DNA of 64,000 nucleotides from Occultella glacieicola (GCF_004353825.1 NZ_SMNA01000015.1:1-64000); one strand, 5' to 3'; shown: positions 8,132 through 19,000, numbered from the stretch's first letter. A program made the numbers and translations. The notes: a model not told the origin generated them from the sequence alone.

Positions 8132-8395
8132 ATGGCACGTGTCGTCGTGGAGATCATGCCGAAGCCGGAGATCCTGGACCCCCAGGGCAAGGCGGTCGCC
8201 GGCGCCCTGCCGCGGCTCGGGTTCACCGGCTTCGCGTCCGTGCGCCAGGGCAAGCGGTTCGAGCTCGAGGTGGAGGGTGAGGCGACCGAGGAGGTTCTCG
8301 CCGCGGCCCGCAAGGCCGCCGCCGAGGTGCTCTCCAACCCGGTCATCGAGGACGTCGTCTCGGTGCACGTCGCACCGGTCGCACAGGAGGACTGA
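8132..8395 (+). CDS. purS: FGAM synthase subunit PurS
   Basis: [31 protein letters not shown]. Confidence 0.97.
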   Translation: MARVVVEIMPKPEILDPQGKAVAGALPRLGFTGFASVRQGKRFELEVEGEATEEVLAAARKAAAEVLSNPVIEDVVSVHVAPVAQED

Positions 8396-9078
8396 TGGCC
8401 CGCATCGGTGTGATCACGTTCCCCGGCAGCCTCGACGACGGAGACGCGGCCCGGGCGGTGCGCCTGGTCGGAGCCGAGCCCGTGCGGCTGTGGCACGCGG
8501 ACGACTCCCTCGCCGAGGTTGACGCCGTCATCCTGCCCGGCGGCTTCTCCTACGGCGACTACCTGCGGGCCGGCGCGATCTCCCGGTTCGCGCCCGTCAT
8601 GGGGGCCCTCGTGGACGCCGCGAACGGCGGGCTGCCGGTCCTCGGGATCTGCAACGGGTTCCAGATCCTGTGCGAGTCCCACCTGCTCGCCGGCGCCATG
8701 ATCAAGAACGAGCGGCTCACGTTCGTGTGCAAGGACCAGACCCTGCGGGTGGACAACAACTCGACGGCCTGGACGAACGAGTTCGCAGCCGGCGAGGAGA
8801 TCGTCGTCCCGCTGAAGAACCAGGACGGGCAGTTCATCGCCGACGACGCCACCCTCGACGAGCTCGAGGGGGAGGGCCGGGTCGTGTTCCGGTACGTCGG
8901 CAACCCGAACGGCTCACGCCGGGACATCGCCGGCATCACGAACGCCCGCGGGAACGTGGTGGGCCTGATGCCGCACCCCGAGCACGCCGTCGAGGCCGGG
9001 TTCGGGCCCGAGGGTGCCGGGACCGACGGCCTGCGGTTCTTCAGTTCCGCGCTCGGCTCGCTGCTCGCGAGCAACTGA
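8395..9078 (+). CDS. purQ: FGAM synthase glutaminase subunit PurQ
   Basis: [30 protein letters not shown] overlap with purS. Confidence 0.97.
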   Translation: MARIGVITFPGSLDDGDAARAVRLVGAEPVRLWHADDSLAEVDAVILPGGFSYGDYLRAGAISRFAPVMGALVDAANGGLPVLGICNGFQILCESHLLAGAMIKNERLTFVCKDQTLRVDNNSTAWTNEFAAGEEIVVPLKNQDGQFIADDATLDELEGEGRVVFRYVGNPNGSRRDIAGITNARGNVVGLMPHPEHAVEAGFGPEGAGTDGLRFFSSALGSLLASN

Positions 9079-9085
9079 CCCCCCG

Positions 9086-9544
9086 ATGACCGCTCCCGAA
9101 ATCCCGGCCGTGCAGATGTGGACCGACGGGGCCTGCAAGGGCAATCCTGGCGTGGGCGGATGGGGTGCCTGGATGCGCTTCGGCGAGCATGAACGCGAAC
9201 TGTTCGGTGGTGAGGAACTCACCACGAACAACAAGATGGAACTCACCGCCGTCATCGAGGGGCTGCGGGCCCTGAACCAGCCGTGCGAGGTGACCCTGCA
9301 CGTGGACTCCTCCTACGTGATGAACGGGATGAAGTCCTGGTTGGCAGGCTGGAAGAGGAACGGCTGGCGCACCGCGGACAAGAAGCCCGTCAAGAACGTG
9401 GAACTGTGGAAGTCCCTCGACGAGCAGGTGGCCCGGCACACGGTGCACTGGGTGTGGGTCAAGGGCCACTCCGGCGATCCGGGCAACGAGCGGGCCGACG
9501 CCCTCGCCAACCGTGGGGTGGACGCGGTGCGCGCCGCGGGCTGA
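9086..9544 (+). CDS. rnhA: Ribonuclease HI
   Basis: [38 protein letters not shown]. Confidence 0.95.
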   Translation: MTAPEIPAVQMWTDGACKGNPGVGGWGAWMRFGEHERELFGGEELTTNNKMELTAVIEGLRALNQPCEVTLHVDSSYVMNGMKSWLAGWKRNGWRTADKKPVKNVELWKSLDEQVARHTVHWVWVKGHSGDPGNERADALANRGVDAVRAAG

Positions 9545-9631
9545 CTGCCCCGCACCAACGTCCCTCCAGCGTGCGAGACTGAGCGGCGCGGGCCGTCCCG
9601 CCTGGTCACCCGGTCACAGCACAGGAGCAGC

Positions 9632-10912
9632 ATGTCCCACCAGTCCGGAACGGACGTACTCGAGGTCAGCTCTCGGCCCTCCCTGCAGACCACGGCGCTC
9701 GTGCTCGGGGGGCTGACGATCGCTGCTGTCGGCCTGCACTTCGCGTCCAGCATCATCGCGCCCACGTTCTTCGCGCTCACGCTCATCGTGTCCGCCCGGC
9801 CCATGCAGATGTGGCTGACCAGGCACCGGGTCCACCCGATGGTGGCAGCGATCCTGGTGTTGCTGTTCCTGTACGTGATCCTGGTCGCGTTGGTGATCAT
9901 GCTGGCCATGTCGGTCGCCCGCCTCGTCACCGAACTGCCGGCCTACTCCTATCGGTTCCAGGCGATCTACGCCGACCTCATCGAGTGGCTGAGCCAGTTC
10001 GGGGTCGACGAGCAGACGCTCGAGGGGGTGCTCGGCGACTTCGACCTGAACCGGATCGTCGGGCTACTCGGCACCGTGCTCGAGGGGATGTCCTCCGCGG
10101 GCGGCCAGGCCGCCCTGCTGCTGGTCGTGATGTTCTTCCTGGCCATCGACTCGACCAACGTCGGGCGCAGGTTCGAACTGTCCGCGTCCAGGCGGCCCAA
10201 CCTCACTGCCGCCCTGACCGACTTCGTCACCGGCGTCCGCAAGTACTGGATCGTGGCCACGGTGTTCGGCCTCATCGTGGCCGTGCTGGACGTGATCGCG
10301 CTGTCGATCATCGGCGTACCGATGGTCCTGGTGTGGGGCGTGCTCGCGTTCGTGACCAACTACATACCGAACGTGGGGTTCGTCCTCGGCCTGATCCCGC
10401 CGGCACTGATCGCCCTGGTCGACGGCGGGGTGAGTCAGATGATCTGGGTGATCGTCACCTACTCGGTGCTCAACTTCACCGTGCAGACGATCATTCAGCC
10501 GAAGGTCACCGGCGACGCGGTCGGCCTGAGTCCGGTGGTCAGCTTCCTCAGCCTGACGTTCTGGACCCTGGTGGTCGGCCCGCTCGGCGCCATCCTCGCG
10601 GTCCCACTGACCCTGTTCGCCAAGGCGATCCTCGTGGACGCCCACCCCGAGTCCCGCTGGATCAGCGCGTATCTGGTCACCGACGCCGAGGCGCGAAAAC
10701 AGCTCGCCCGGTTCCGGGTGTCCAGCACCGACGACGTTCCGGCGGCCGACGAGGAGGCCGCGGCGGGGCCGGATCGGGCCGAGAGTGATCCCGTGCCGGT
10801 AGCCGCTGGGCCCGCGACCCCGCAGGGCGCGGCCGGGGCGGATGACGCAGCAGGGGCCGGCGAGTCCGGCGAGTCCGACGAGCCCGGAGACGGGGCGCGC
10901 CCGACGGCGTGA
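9632..10912 (+). CDS. AI-2E family transporter
   Basis: Multiple TM helices, NYIPNVG, QPKVTGDAVGLSP, GAILAVPLT. AGGAG RBS. Confidence 0.9.
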   Translation: MSHQSGTDVLEVSSRPSLQTTALVLGGLTIAAVGLHFASSIIAPTFFALTLIVSARPMQMWLTRHRVHPMVAAILVLLFLYVILVALVIMLAMSVARLVTELPAYSYRFQAIYADLIEWLSQFGVDEQTLEGVLGDFDLNRIVGLLGTVLEGMSSAGGQAALLLVVMFFLAIDSTNVGRRFELSASRRPNLTAALTDFVTGVRKYWIVATVFGLIVAVLDVIALSIIGVPMVLVWGVLAFVTNYIPNVGFVLGLIPPALIALVDGGVSQMIWVIVTYSVLNFTVQTIIQPKVTGDAVGLSPVVSFLSLTFWTLVVGPLGAILAVPLTLFAKAILVDAHPESRWISAYLVTDAEARKQLARFRVSSTDDVPAADEEAAAGPDRAESDPVPVAAGPATPQGAAGADDAAGAGESGESDEPGDGARPTA

Positions 10913-10939
10913 GCCAGGGTTCGTCGGGTCCGGCCGACG

Positions 10940-11629
10940 TCAGGCGGTCCGACGTGCCCGTAACACCACGTCGTCCACATGGCCGGCGCCGGCCCCGCTC
11001 GTCGGCACCAGGCGGGGGCGGATCTCCAGGGTCTCCACCTGCCAGCCGTCCCCGAGCGTCGCCGCGACCTCCTCCGGGCGGAGGAACTCGCTCGGGTCCG
11101 GTCCGCGCCATCCGGCGGGGAGGTCGCCCTCCGGACCGGCCTCCGGGTGTTGGCGGTGCTGGTGGTCGTGGCCGTGACCCTGGCCGTGGCCCGCGGCCGC
11201 CCGGTCCGCCGGTGCCGTCAGGTCGTGCGCGACCATGAGGAACAACCCACCTGGGGCGACGGCGTCGGTCAAGCCGCGTACCGCCGTCGGGCCCTGGCTG
11301 CGCAGCATCGGGAAGTACATGAGCGAGACCAGGTCGTACCCACCCGGCTCGGGCGGCGCGACGGTCAGGTCGCCGTGGACCCACTCGATCCGGTCGCCGT
11401 GCTCGGTGGTCACCGCAGCAGCGGCACGCTCGAGCGCGACGGGGGAGATGTCCGTCGCCGTCACCCGCCACCCGCGGGCGGCGAGCCAGAGCGCATCGCC
11501 GCCCTCACCCGAGCCCACATCCAGGGCGCGACCCGGCTCGAGGTCGGAGACCTCGATCGCCAGGGCGCCGTTGACCGCGCCGCTCCAGATCCGCTCGGCG
11601 TAGATCCCGTCCCACATCGCCTGGTCCAT
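10940..11629 (-). CDS. Class I SAM-dependent methyltransferase
   Basis: ALDVGSGEGGDA, ATDISPVAL, VAPGG. ATG 11629 after AAGGAG. Carries a His-rich insert. Confidence 0.9.
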   Translation of the reverse strand: MDQAMWDGIYAERIWSGAVNGALAIEVSDLEPGRALDVGSGEGGDALWLAARGWRVTATDISPVALERAAAAVTTEHGDRIEWVHGDLTVAPPEPGGYDLVSLMYFPMLRSQGPTAVRGLTDAVAPGGLFLMVAHDLTAPADRAAAGHGQGHGHDHQHRQHPEAGPEGDLPAGWRGPDPSEFLRPEEVAATLGDGWQVETLEIRPRLVPTSGAGAGHVDDVVLRARRTA

Positions 11630-11687
11630 CCGGGCTCCTTTCGTCGTCCCCAGACTGCGCCGGAGCCGACCGATCGACAAACTTTCG

Positions 11688-11702
11688 TTGCCGGAACGGC
11701 AA
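11688..11702. promoter_or_regulatory. Perfect inverted repeat upstream of the methyltransferase (candidate operator)
   Basis: TTGCCG-GAA-CGGCAA. Confidence 0.5.
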
Positions 11703-11737
11703 GGGCCGACGGCGCAGCATCAGTGTCGCTCTGAGGG

Positions 11738-14700
11738 CTATCGGGTCGAGGACCATCGCCTCCGGCCGACCGCCAGCAGCGCCGCACCGGCGAGTGCCAG
11801 CACGAGCGCCACAGTGAGCGCTGCGGCGTGCACCGAGGAGCCGGTCGTTGCGAGTACGGGCGTCCCGTCGTCCGTCCCTGCGTCCCTGTCGCCCGTGTCG
11901 GCGCCGGTGCCACTGTCGGTGTCGTCGCCGGTGCTGCCACCCGTGCCGTCACCACCACCGGTGACGGTCAGTTCAGCCCACCCGATCAACGCGCCGTCGG
12001 ACGTGAACACTGCCAACCGGTGCTCCCCGGCCGTGGCGTCACTCGGGACCTGCACGGTGACGGATCCGGCCGCGGTGGCCCGCAGCCAGTCCCCACCGAG
12101 CAACGTCGGGCCGGAGAACAGCCACGCGGCGACCCACGCCTCGGCGTGTGCGTCGCCAAGACCGAGCCGAAGGAAGTCGCCGGGAGCCACGGAGGTGGCG
12201 TCGAGCGCGATGCCCCCTGCCGGCGTCTCGCCGAGATCGGCGGGGCTCCGGTCGCTCGGTGCCTCGGACGGCTTGCCCGACGGCGGCGGCTCCTCGCCTG
12301 ACTCCTCGACCTGGAGCGTGACGGGCGCCGACGGGCCGTAGGCCGGGGTCCCGTCGGGCTTGACCAGGGCGACGCTGAGCTCGGCGCCACCATGGGCGAG
12401 GGTCGCGGTGAACTCGTACGTCGCCGACGTTGCACCGTTGATCGGCGCAGGCGCCGTCGCTCCCGGCTCCTTCACGAACCACTGGAAGGCGTCGAGCACC
12501 GTGCCGTTCGCGACGGCAGCGGTCAGGCTGACCGCATCCCCCTCTGAGACGGTCGCGCTCCCATCGGCTACCACGTCCCCGGTCACGGTGACCACCTGGA
12601 TCGGCGCCGCACCGTGATCGTCGACCTCGATGGCGACCGGCTCGGCGACGAGCGTCTCAGTGCCACCGCTGAACGTCAGTGTCGCCCGGATCTGCACCCC
12701 GTCGAGCGCCTGTTCGGCCACGAGGACGTGGCTCAGACCTGACGCGTCGGGCAGTGCGCTCCACGCCTGCGAGCCCGGCCACAACCACTCCCAAGCGATG
12801 GTGTCGCCCCGGGCCAGGGCGGGGTCGGCCACCAGGGTCAGGTTGACGTCGCCGCCCTGGTGATAGTGACCGGCGAGACCCTCGAGGTAGAACAGCTGCG
12901 TGTCGGGGTCGATGTCCGAGACCGCCAGCGTCGCGTAGTGCCACCCGACGATCGAGTCGTAGGAGCTGCCGGCAGCAGGGCTGACCTCGAACGCCAACTG
13001 CCACCCGTCGTGGCTCGCCTCCAACGGCAGCTCCACCCTGAGGTTGTCCGGGCCGGGGCCTTCCTTGAGGGTGACACGATCCAGGGTGGAGGTTTCACTG
13101 TTCCACTTGATGAGCTGCCACAGGTAGGACGCACCCTCGAGCGCCGGGTAGACCTCGGCACTCAGGGACATCGTCTGACCGACACGGTAGACCGGCTGGA
13201 ACCCTTGGACGTTGACCTCGCGGGCCAGGATGCTCTTGGTGACGGACTCGCTCTGCGCCACGACGACGCCGTCGCGCAGGGTCTGCACGACCCACGACGG
13301 GCCGTTGAGAGCGTTCGTCGGATGCACGTGGAGCGTGGTCGCGTCGATCTGCGTGCTGATGTCGGCCGCCGAGTTCCAGGGCCCTGTCTCGAAGCGGTAG
13401 GCCAACCGCACCGTCTCGCCGGCAGTCGCTGGGCGATCGAGCGTGAAGGCGATCGGGTCCCCGAGGTAGGAGTCCCCTTCGAGGAACGAGCCACCGATCG
13501 GGTCGTCGTCGGAACCGACGACCAGCGGGACCCAGGCGGACCGGGTCACCACCGCCGAGTTCTCGCGGATCACCACGCTGACTTCGTAGTCGTCGTAGGA
13601 AGCATCGAGCGCAACCCTGAGGCGACCGGCGGCTTCCTGTCCGCCGCCGGTGATGACGTAGGCCGACTCGGCACCGACCGGGCGCCAGTGCCACTGGTAG
13701 ACCTGACCCTCGCCAAGCGTGTGCCCGACCACGCGAGCCTCGAGGTGATCGCCCACCCGGTAGGTCTCCTGGATCCCGGCGATGCCGAACCCGACTCCCG
13801 AGTCGTCCGTGACCGTGACGGTCAAGGGTTGCGACCTCGAGGTCCCGGCGTTGTTCGCGACCGCGGGAACGAAGACGGCGGTCAGGGAATGTCTGCCCAC
13901 CGCCGGCGCGCTCGTCGCGAAGACGGCGGAGCCCTCGACGACACTTTCGTGGCCGAGCACTGTGGTGCCGCTATGGAACTCGACATGGCCTTCGGTGTCA
14001 GCCGGTTCGATGGTGGCCGTGAGGGTCAGCGGGTCGCCGGTGGTGAGGTCGATAGTCGAGGCGGTGAGCGTCGTCGTCGTCGCGACGGCGCGGGGGGCGT
14101 CGCCGACCACGAAGGTGTACGAGGCCGAGGATGACTGTGCGACGCCGTTGATCGAGGCCGTGGCCTCGACCCCGAGCGTGTAGGTGCCGGCCTGCGTGAA
14201 TGCCCAGTTCGCGTGCTTGTGGGTCCAACCGATGTCGAAGCTACGGATCGCTGCGTCCTGGGACGACCACAGTCGCTCGATCGTGCCGATGCCGCCGCCG
14301 GCGAACACCTCCAACTCGCCGGGGCCCTCGATGGAGGTGAGCGTGAAGGTGGTCACGTCCGCATCGATCGTGCCGCGGTCGATCGACTCGGTGTTGAAGC
14401 CCGGCCAGAGCCTGTCGGCGCCCGGGTTGCTCTCCGGAGCCAGCCACACGTCCGTACCCGCGGGCGCGATGAAGCCGTAGTCGCCGGGCAGGACGACCCT
14501 GGCATCGTCCTCGAGGTGGAACCAGACCTCGTCCGGGTCCAGGCGGGTGCCGGTCGCGCCGGGCAGATCAGCCTTGGCCGCCAGGGTGAGCCTGCCCTCG
14601 TCGAGGAACGTGGCGGCGACGTCGGTGTGGACGCCGGAGACGACCTGGTACTCGCTGGGCTCAGGTGCGGGGCCTTCGGCAGCGGCGGCCGACGGCGCCG

Positions 14701-14779
14701 GGAGCAGTAGCGCGCTGAAGCCCACGGCGAGGGTAGTGGCCAGGGCAGCCTCCCGCCGACCCGGTGATCGTGCCGTCAC
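11738..14779 (-). CDS. Sortase-anchored surface protein with a TIGR03769 (choice-of-anchor M) domain and Ig-like repeats
   Basis: Signal peptide, GVHTD...LWPGFN...GPG...HKHANWAFT domain, Ig-like modules, then LATTG + TM + RRR tail. GTG 14779 overlaps the GNAT stop and follows AAGGAAG. Confidence 0.8.
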   Translation of the reverse strand: MTARSPGRREAALATTLAVGFSALLLPAPSAAAAEGPAPEPSEYQVVSGVHTDVAATFLDEGRLTLAAKADLPGATGTRLDPDEVWFHLEDDARVVLPGDYGFIAPAGTDVWLAPESNPGADRLWPGFNTESIDRGTIDADVTTFTLTSIEGPGELEVFAGGGIGTIERLWSSQDAAIRSFDIGWTHKHANWAFTQAGTYTLGVEATASINGVAQSSSASYTFVVGDAPRAVATTTTLTASTIDLTTGDPLTLTATIEPADTEGHVEFHSGTTVLGHESVVEGSAVFATSAPAVGRHSLTAVFVPAVANNAGTSRSQPLTVTVTDDSGVGFGIAGIQETYRVGDHLEARVVGHTLGEGQVYQWHWRPVGAESAYVITGGGQEAAGRLRVALDASYDDYEVSVVIRENSAVVTRSAWVPLVVGSDDDPIGGSFLEGDSYLGDPIAFTLDRPATAGETVRLAYRFETGPWNSAADISTQIDATTLHVHPTNALNGPSWVVQTLRDGVVVAQSESVTKSILAREVNVQGFQPVYRVGQTMSLSAEVYPALEGASYLWQLIKWNSETSTLDRVTLKEGPGPDNLRVELPLEASHDGWQLAFEVSPAAGSSYDSIVGWHYATLAVSDIDPDTQLFYLEGLAGHYHQGGDVNLTLVADPALARGDTIAWEWLWPGSQAWSALPDASGLSHVLVAEQALDGVQIRATLTFSGGTETLVAEPVAIEVDDHGAAPIQVVTVTGDVVADGSATVSEGDAVSLTAAVANGTVLDAFQWFVKEPGATAPAPINGATSATYEFTATLAHGGAELSVALVKPDGTPAYGPSAPVTLQVEESGEEPPPSGKPSEAPSDRSPADLGETPAGGIALDATSVAPGDFLRLGLGDAHAEAWVAAWLFSGPTLLGGDWLRATAAGSVTVQVPSDATAGEHRLAVFTSDGALIGWAELTVTGGGDGTGGSTGDDTDSGTGADTGDRDAGTDDGTPVLATTGSSVHAAALTVALVLALAGAALLAVGRRRWSSTR

Positions 14780-15834
14780 GGTGAGTTCTTCCTTTCGGTC
14801 GTGCTGCGGAGGTTGGTGGGCGCATCGGTGAACAGCGTCAACGCCGGGGCGAAGCCGCGCCGCTGCCAGAACGGCGCCGAGAGTGCGTTGTCGGCCACGT
14901 AGTGGAGCCCGACGGCGTCCGGCGGGTCCGGGAGGTGGCGCGCCCACTCCAGGGCGTGAGCCATCAGCGCCGTTCCGGCGCCGGTCCCGCGGGCGGACGC
15001 GGTCACCGAGGTGAGTCCGAGGTAGGCATACCGGGCCGGGAGTAGGGCGGCGGAGGAGGATCCGGCGGGTGCCGTGAGCACCTGCGCGGTGGTGACGCCG
15101 ACCGGGTGGTCCCATTCGTCGACGGCGACGAACGCGCGCTCACGGTCCTCTCCCGCGCCGTGGTCGAGCCAGTTCCCGGCGATCCGCTCGACCGTGCGCC
15201 GGTCCTGGTCGGGGGCTACCCCGGACCCGGTGTTCGCCGCGTGGAAGGCATGCTCCTCCAGGCACAGCGGGACTACCGCGCCGAGGTCGGACGCCGTCGC
15301 TGCCCGCACGCGCGGGCCGGTGGCAGGTGCGTGGATCGGTGCGTCCAGCGGTCGCAGTGCGAACACGGTGTCCGGGCGGAAACCGAGCGAGCGCCACAGT
15401 CCGGCCGACCACCAGTCGCCGTCCAGGACCTGGATGTTCAGGCGACCGATCGAGGCCGCGTCCAGGTGTTCCCGGGCGGCGGCGAGTAGCGGCGGGAGAG
15501 ACTCGACGGCGGACCTCGGGTCGTGCGCGCACCACGTCGACAGCGGCACGTGTGCGTGCCGTGGCGCCATGTAGGTGTAGGCCTCGTCCCGTGGGGACAG
15601 TCGTGCGATGGCCCCGGCGAGCAGGGCCGTCACGGTCCCGCCGTCGTCGAGCGCGATGTAGGCGAACCGGTCGCCGTCGGTCAGATGAGGATCGAGCGCG
15701 GCGCGAGCGATGCCGGCGGGATCGCGTGGCGGGGAGGAGCCGGGGCCGGCGAGTGAGGCCCGGAGTCTCAGCGCGGTGGCGGCAAGGTCGATGGTGGCCT
15801 CGAGATGGCCGGGGCTCAGCGGAAGGTAACGCAC
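14776..15834 (-). CDS. Tandem GNAT-family acetyltransferase
   Basis: C-terminal VTASARGTGAGTALM...DNALSAPFWQRRGF and a first half ending GLWRSLGF. GTG 15834 lies 6 nt after TACGGT (leaderless). Confidence 0.8.
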   Translation of the reverse strand: MRYLPLSPGHLEATIDLAATALRLRASLAGPGSSPPRDPAGIARAALDPHLTDGDRFAYIALDDGGTVTALLAGAIARLSPRDEAYTYMAPRHAHVPLSTWCAHDPRSAVESLPPLLAAAREHLDAASIGRLNIQVLDGDWWSAGLWRSLGFRPDTVFALRPLDAPIHAPATGPRVRAATASDLGAVVPLCLEEHAFHAANTGSGVAPDQDRRTVERIAGNWLDHGAGEDRERAFVAVDEWDHPVGVTTAQVLTAPAGSSSAALLPARYAYLGLTSVTASARGTGAGTALMAHALEWARHLPDPPDAVGLHYVADNALSAPFWQRRGFAPALTLFTDAPTNLRSTTERKNSP

Positions 15835-15844
15835 GCGCTCACCG

Positions 15845-15865
15845 TAATGAGAACCAGTCGCAAAT
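15845..15865. promoter_or_regulatory. Zur-like box 1
   Basis: TAATGAGAACCAGTCGCAAAT, overlapping the minus-strand -10 of the GNAT operon. Confidence 0.6.
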
Positions 15866-15869
15866 AGCA

Positions 15870-15905
15870 ACCAGGAGGGCGCCGCGTTCAGGACCAGGAG
15901 GGCGC
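15870..15905. repeat. 13-bp direct repeat pair
   Basis: ACCAGGAGGGCGC at 15870-15882 and 15893-15905. Confidence 0.85.
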
Positions 15906-15935
15906 TGAACTGCTCTCGCAGCGATCTTCACGTGT

Positions 15936-15960
15936 TGTTGCGAACGACTCTCATTATAAT
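15936..15960 (+). promoter_or_regulatory. Zur-like box 2 overlapping a TATAAT -10
   Basis: TGTTGCGAACGACTCTCATTA (15936-15956); its reverse complement closely matches box 1. TATAAT at 15955-15960. Confidence 0.65.
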
Positions 15961-16049
15961 GTACGGTCGATCCGTCCCTGACGCCCCTCTCTGCGGGTGT
16001 CTGCCTCGCCGCGCGTCAGCGCCAGATCTGAAACCCAGGTGCACGTCCC

Positions 16050-19000
16050 ATGCCTCCCTCAGCTCCGCGTGTCGGTTCGCGTTCACGCTGCTCGCTCCTC
16101 GCGGTCACCGCGGGGCTCGTCGCGCTCGTCGGCTCAGTACTCGCTCCGCTCGCTCCGAGTGCAGCGTCCGAACGGCCGCTCGTCCTTGACCACGGGCACA
16201 TCGACGCCTTCAACGTGATGCTCGACGACTCCGGTTCGCCGGTACTGACGCTCAAGGAGGACGTCACGGGGTCGCATGTCTCGCATGCTCCCGAGGACGT
16301 ATCGCTGCGGGTGAAGGAAGCGGCGCTGACCTCGCTGCCCGACATCCCGAACGTTCCGGCGCAGGTGCGTGGAACCGACGTCTACTACCTGCCGCTCTCA
16401 CAGGACGCCAACCTCGTCTGGCCGGGCTGGGACAGCCAGAGTCTGGCCGGGACCGGCTATGACCAGGTGGACATCGAGATCCAGGATGTGACCGGTCCGG
16501 GCGAGGTCTATGTGTGGTCCTCGGGCGCGTTCGGTGGTCTGACCTCGCTGCTGACCGACGGCGGCTACGCGCTGCCCAACACCATTCACCAGTCCTACCT
16601 GGCGCACGTGCACGCCAACTGGGCGTTCACACAGGCCGGCGAGTACCACTTCACGGTCCAGGCGTTCGCGATCAACTCGACAACCGGCGAGCGGATACCC
16701 ACGAACACAGGGGAGTACCACTGGATCGTCGGCGACGTGCCCGAACCGGCGCCAACCATGCTGACTATCGAAGGCCTGGCGAACCCGTACGAGCCAGGAG
16801 CCGCGGTGAGCCTGCGGGCCGTCCCGGACGTCGAGGCAGAGGGTGCCGCCCACGGCTGGGAAACGCTGGGCGCTGACGGGACCTGGCTGCAGATCGAAGG
16901 TCAGGACACCGCGACCCTCGCGGGCATCGCAGCATCCGACGGCCAGCAGGTGCGTGCGTGGCTTCGCCTGGGTGAGGCCACGTTGACCTCTGAGCCTGTC
17001 ACCATCGAGGTCAACGCCGCGCCGCAACTTCCGCGGGCCTTGATCATCGACGGGCTCGAAGCATCCTACGTGCAGGGTGCCGACGTCCGGCTCGAGGCCA
17101 AGCCAGACATCCTGGTCGAGGGCGCCACGTATCGCTGGGAGACCTCGGTAGACGGCGAGACATGGACGACCAGCCCTGCGACCACGGGCTCGGTCCACAC
17201 CGGGATCGCGCAGTCCGACGGGCAGCGTCTGCGCGTGACGATCATCATCGGCGGCGCCGATGTCGTGACGTCGGCACCGGTGGTCCTGGTCGTCGAAGCG
17301 GCCGCGCCCGTCCTGCCTACGAGCGTCTCCCTCGAAGGGCTGGCGAACCCGTACGCACCGGGTACCTCGGTCACCCTCACCGCCGTCCCCGATATTCCCG
17401 CCGACGGTCTCGTGCACCAATGGTCGACATCGGCCGACGGCGTGACCTGGCACACCATCGAGGCGGACGCGGGGCCTGTGCTGACGATTCCCGCCAGCGA
17501 CGGCCAGTGGGTCAGGGTGGCCATCCGCTTCGCGGGTGACGAGCTCGCCGTCGCCACGCCGGTCACGGTCCGCACCCTCGAGGAACCGATCACCGCGCCG
17601 ACACGCTTGACGATCGGCGGTCTGGCGGACTCCTACGTCGCAGGGGCTGCCGTCGCGCTCACGGCGGAGCCGGATGTCGTGGTGCCCGGGGCGTCCTACC
17701 GGTGGGAGTCCTCGCTCGACGGGACCGCGTGGCGAGCCGTCACGGGCCAGACCACGAACTCCTACTCGTCCACCGCCGAGGCCGACGGTGAGCGGATCCG
17801 GGCGGTCCTGGTGCTGGACGGTGCTGACGTCGTGACGTCCCAGCCCGTCACGATCGTGCTCCGTTCCGACTCGCCCGGCCTCTGCTGGGCGCTCGACCTC
17901 GATCACGGCCACGTGGACGCCTTCAACGTCGCACTCATCGGTGGCGACCCGGTGTTGACGCTCAAGGAGGACGTCACCGGTTCGCACGTCCAGCACGCCC
18001 CCGAAGAGGTGAACCTCGTAGTCAAGGCAGCAGCGCTGGAGACCCTCCCCGATGTGGCGTCGGTCCCGGAGGGCCTACGTGGCGTCCCGGCGTACTACCT
18101 TCCACTGAACCAGGATCCGAACCTGCTCTGGCCGGGCTGGGACAGCCAGGGCCTCGCCGGCAGCGGTTTCGACCAGGTCGACATCAGGATCCTCGAGGTC
18201 CACGGACCCGGCGAGGTGTACCTGTGGAGCACCGGCTCCTTCGGAGAACTCGACTCGCTGTTGGTAGGGGACGGCTACACGTTGCCGGGCACCATCCATC
18301 AGTCCTACCTCGCGCACGTTCACGCCAACTGGGCGTTCACGCAACCTGGTACCTACCACGTCACGGTGGAGGCGACCGCGATCAACTCCACCACCGGGGC
18401 TCGCGTCACGACGAACACGGGCGACTACCTGTTCTCGGTTGGCGACTTCGTGGCCGCCCCCGGCGATCATGCCTGCCCCTCCGACGGGCCGGCGGTTCCG
18501 ACTCTGGCGCCGGCGGCACCGGCCGAGGACGAGCTGACCGACGCCACGCGCGGGGGTGTCACGGTCAGCCCGGCTGAGGTCGACGCAGGTGAGCAGGTCA
18601 CGGTGGAGGTCGGAGATGCCGTGGCCGGGGACTTTGCGGCCGCGTTCATCTTCTCGGAGCCTCACCTGCTGAATCCCACCGTCGACGGCGGCTGGAACCG
18701 GACCAATGCAACGGGGGCTTTCCAGGTGAGTATCCCCCGGGATACCGCGCCGGGTGATCACCGGGTCGCGGTCGTCGATCGCGACAGCGAACTTGTCGGC
18801 TGGGCGGATGTGCTGGTCACCGAGGCCGCGGACCCTGACCCGACGCCGCCCCCGGGTACGACGCCACCCCGGGGCGTGACGCCGCCGGGCGGATCCGCTC
18901 CGGGGGGCACGAATCCCGGCGGAACCCCGCAGTTGTGCCGGCCGGTAGCCGCCTCGGCGACACCCACGTCAGGAACTGGTGCGAACCCTTCCGTCAACGG

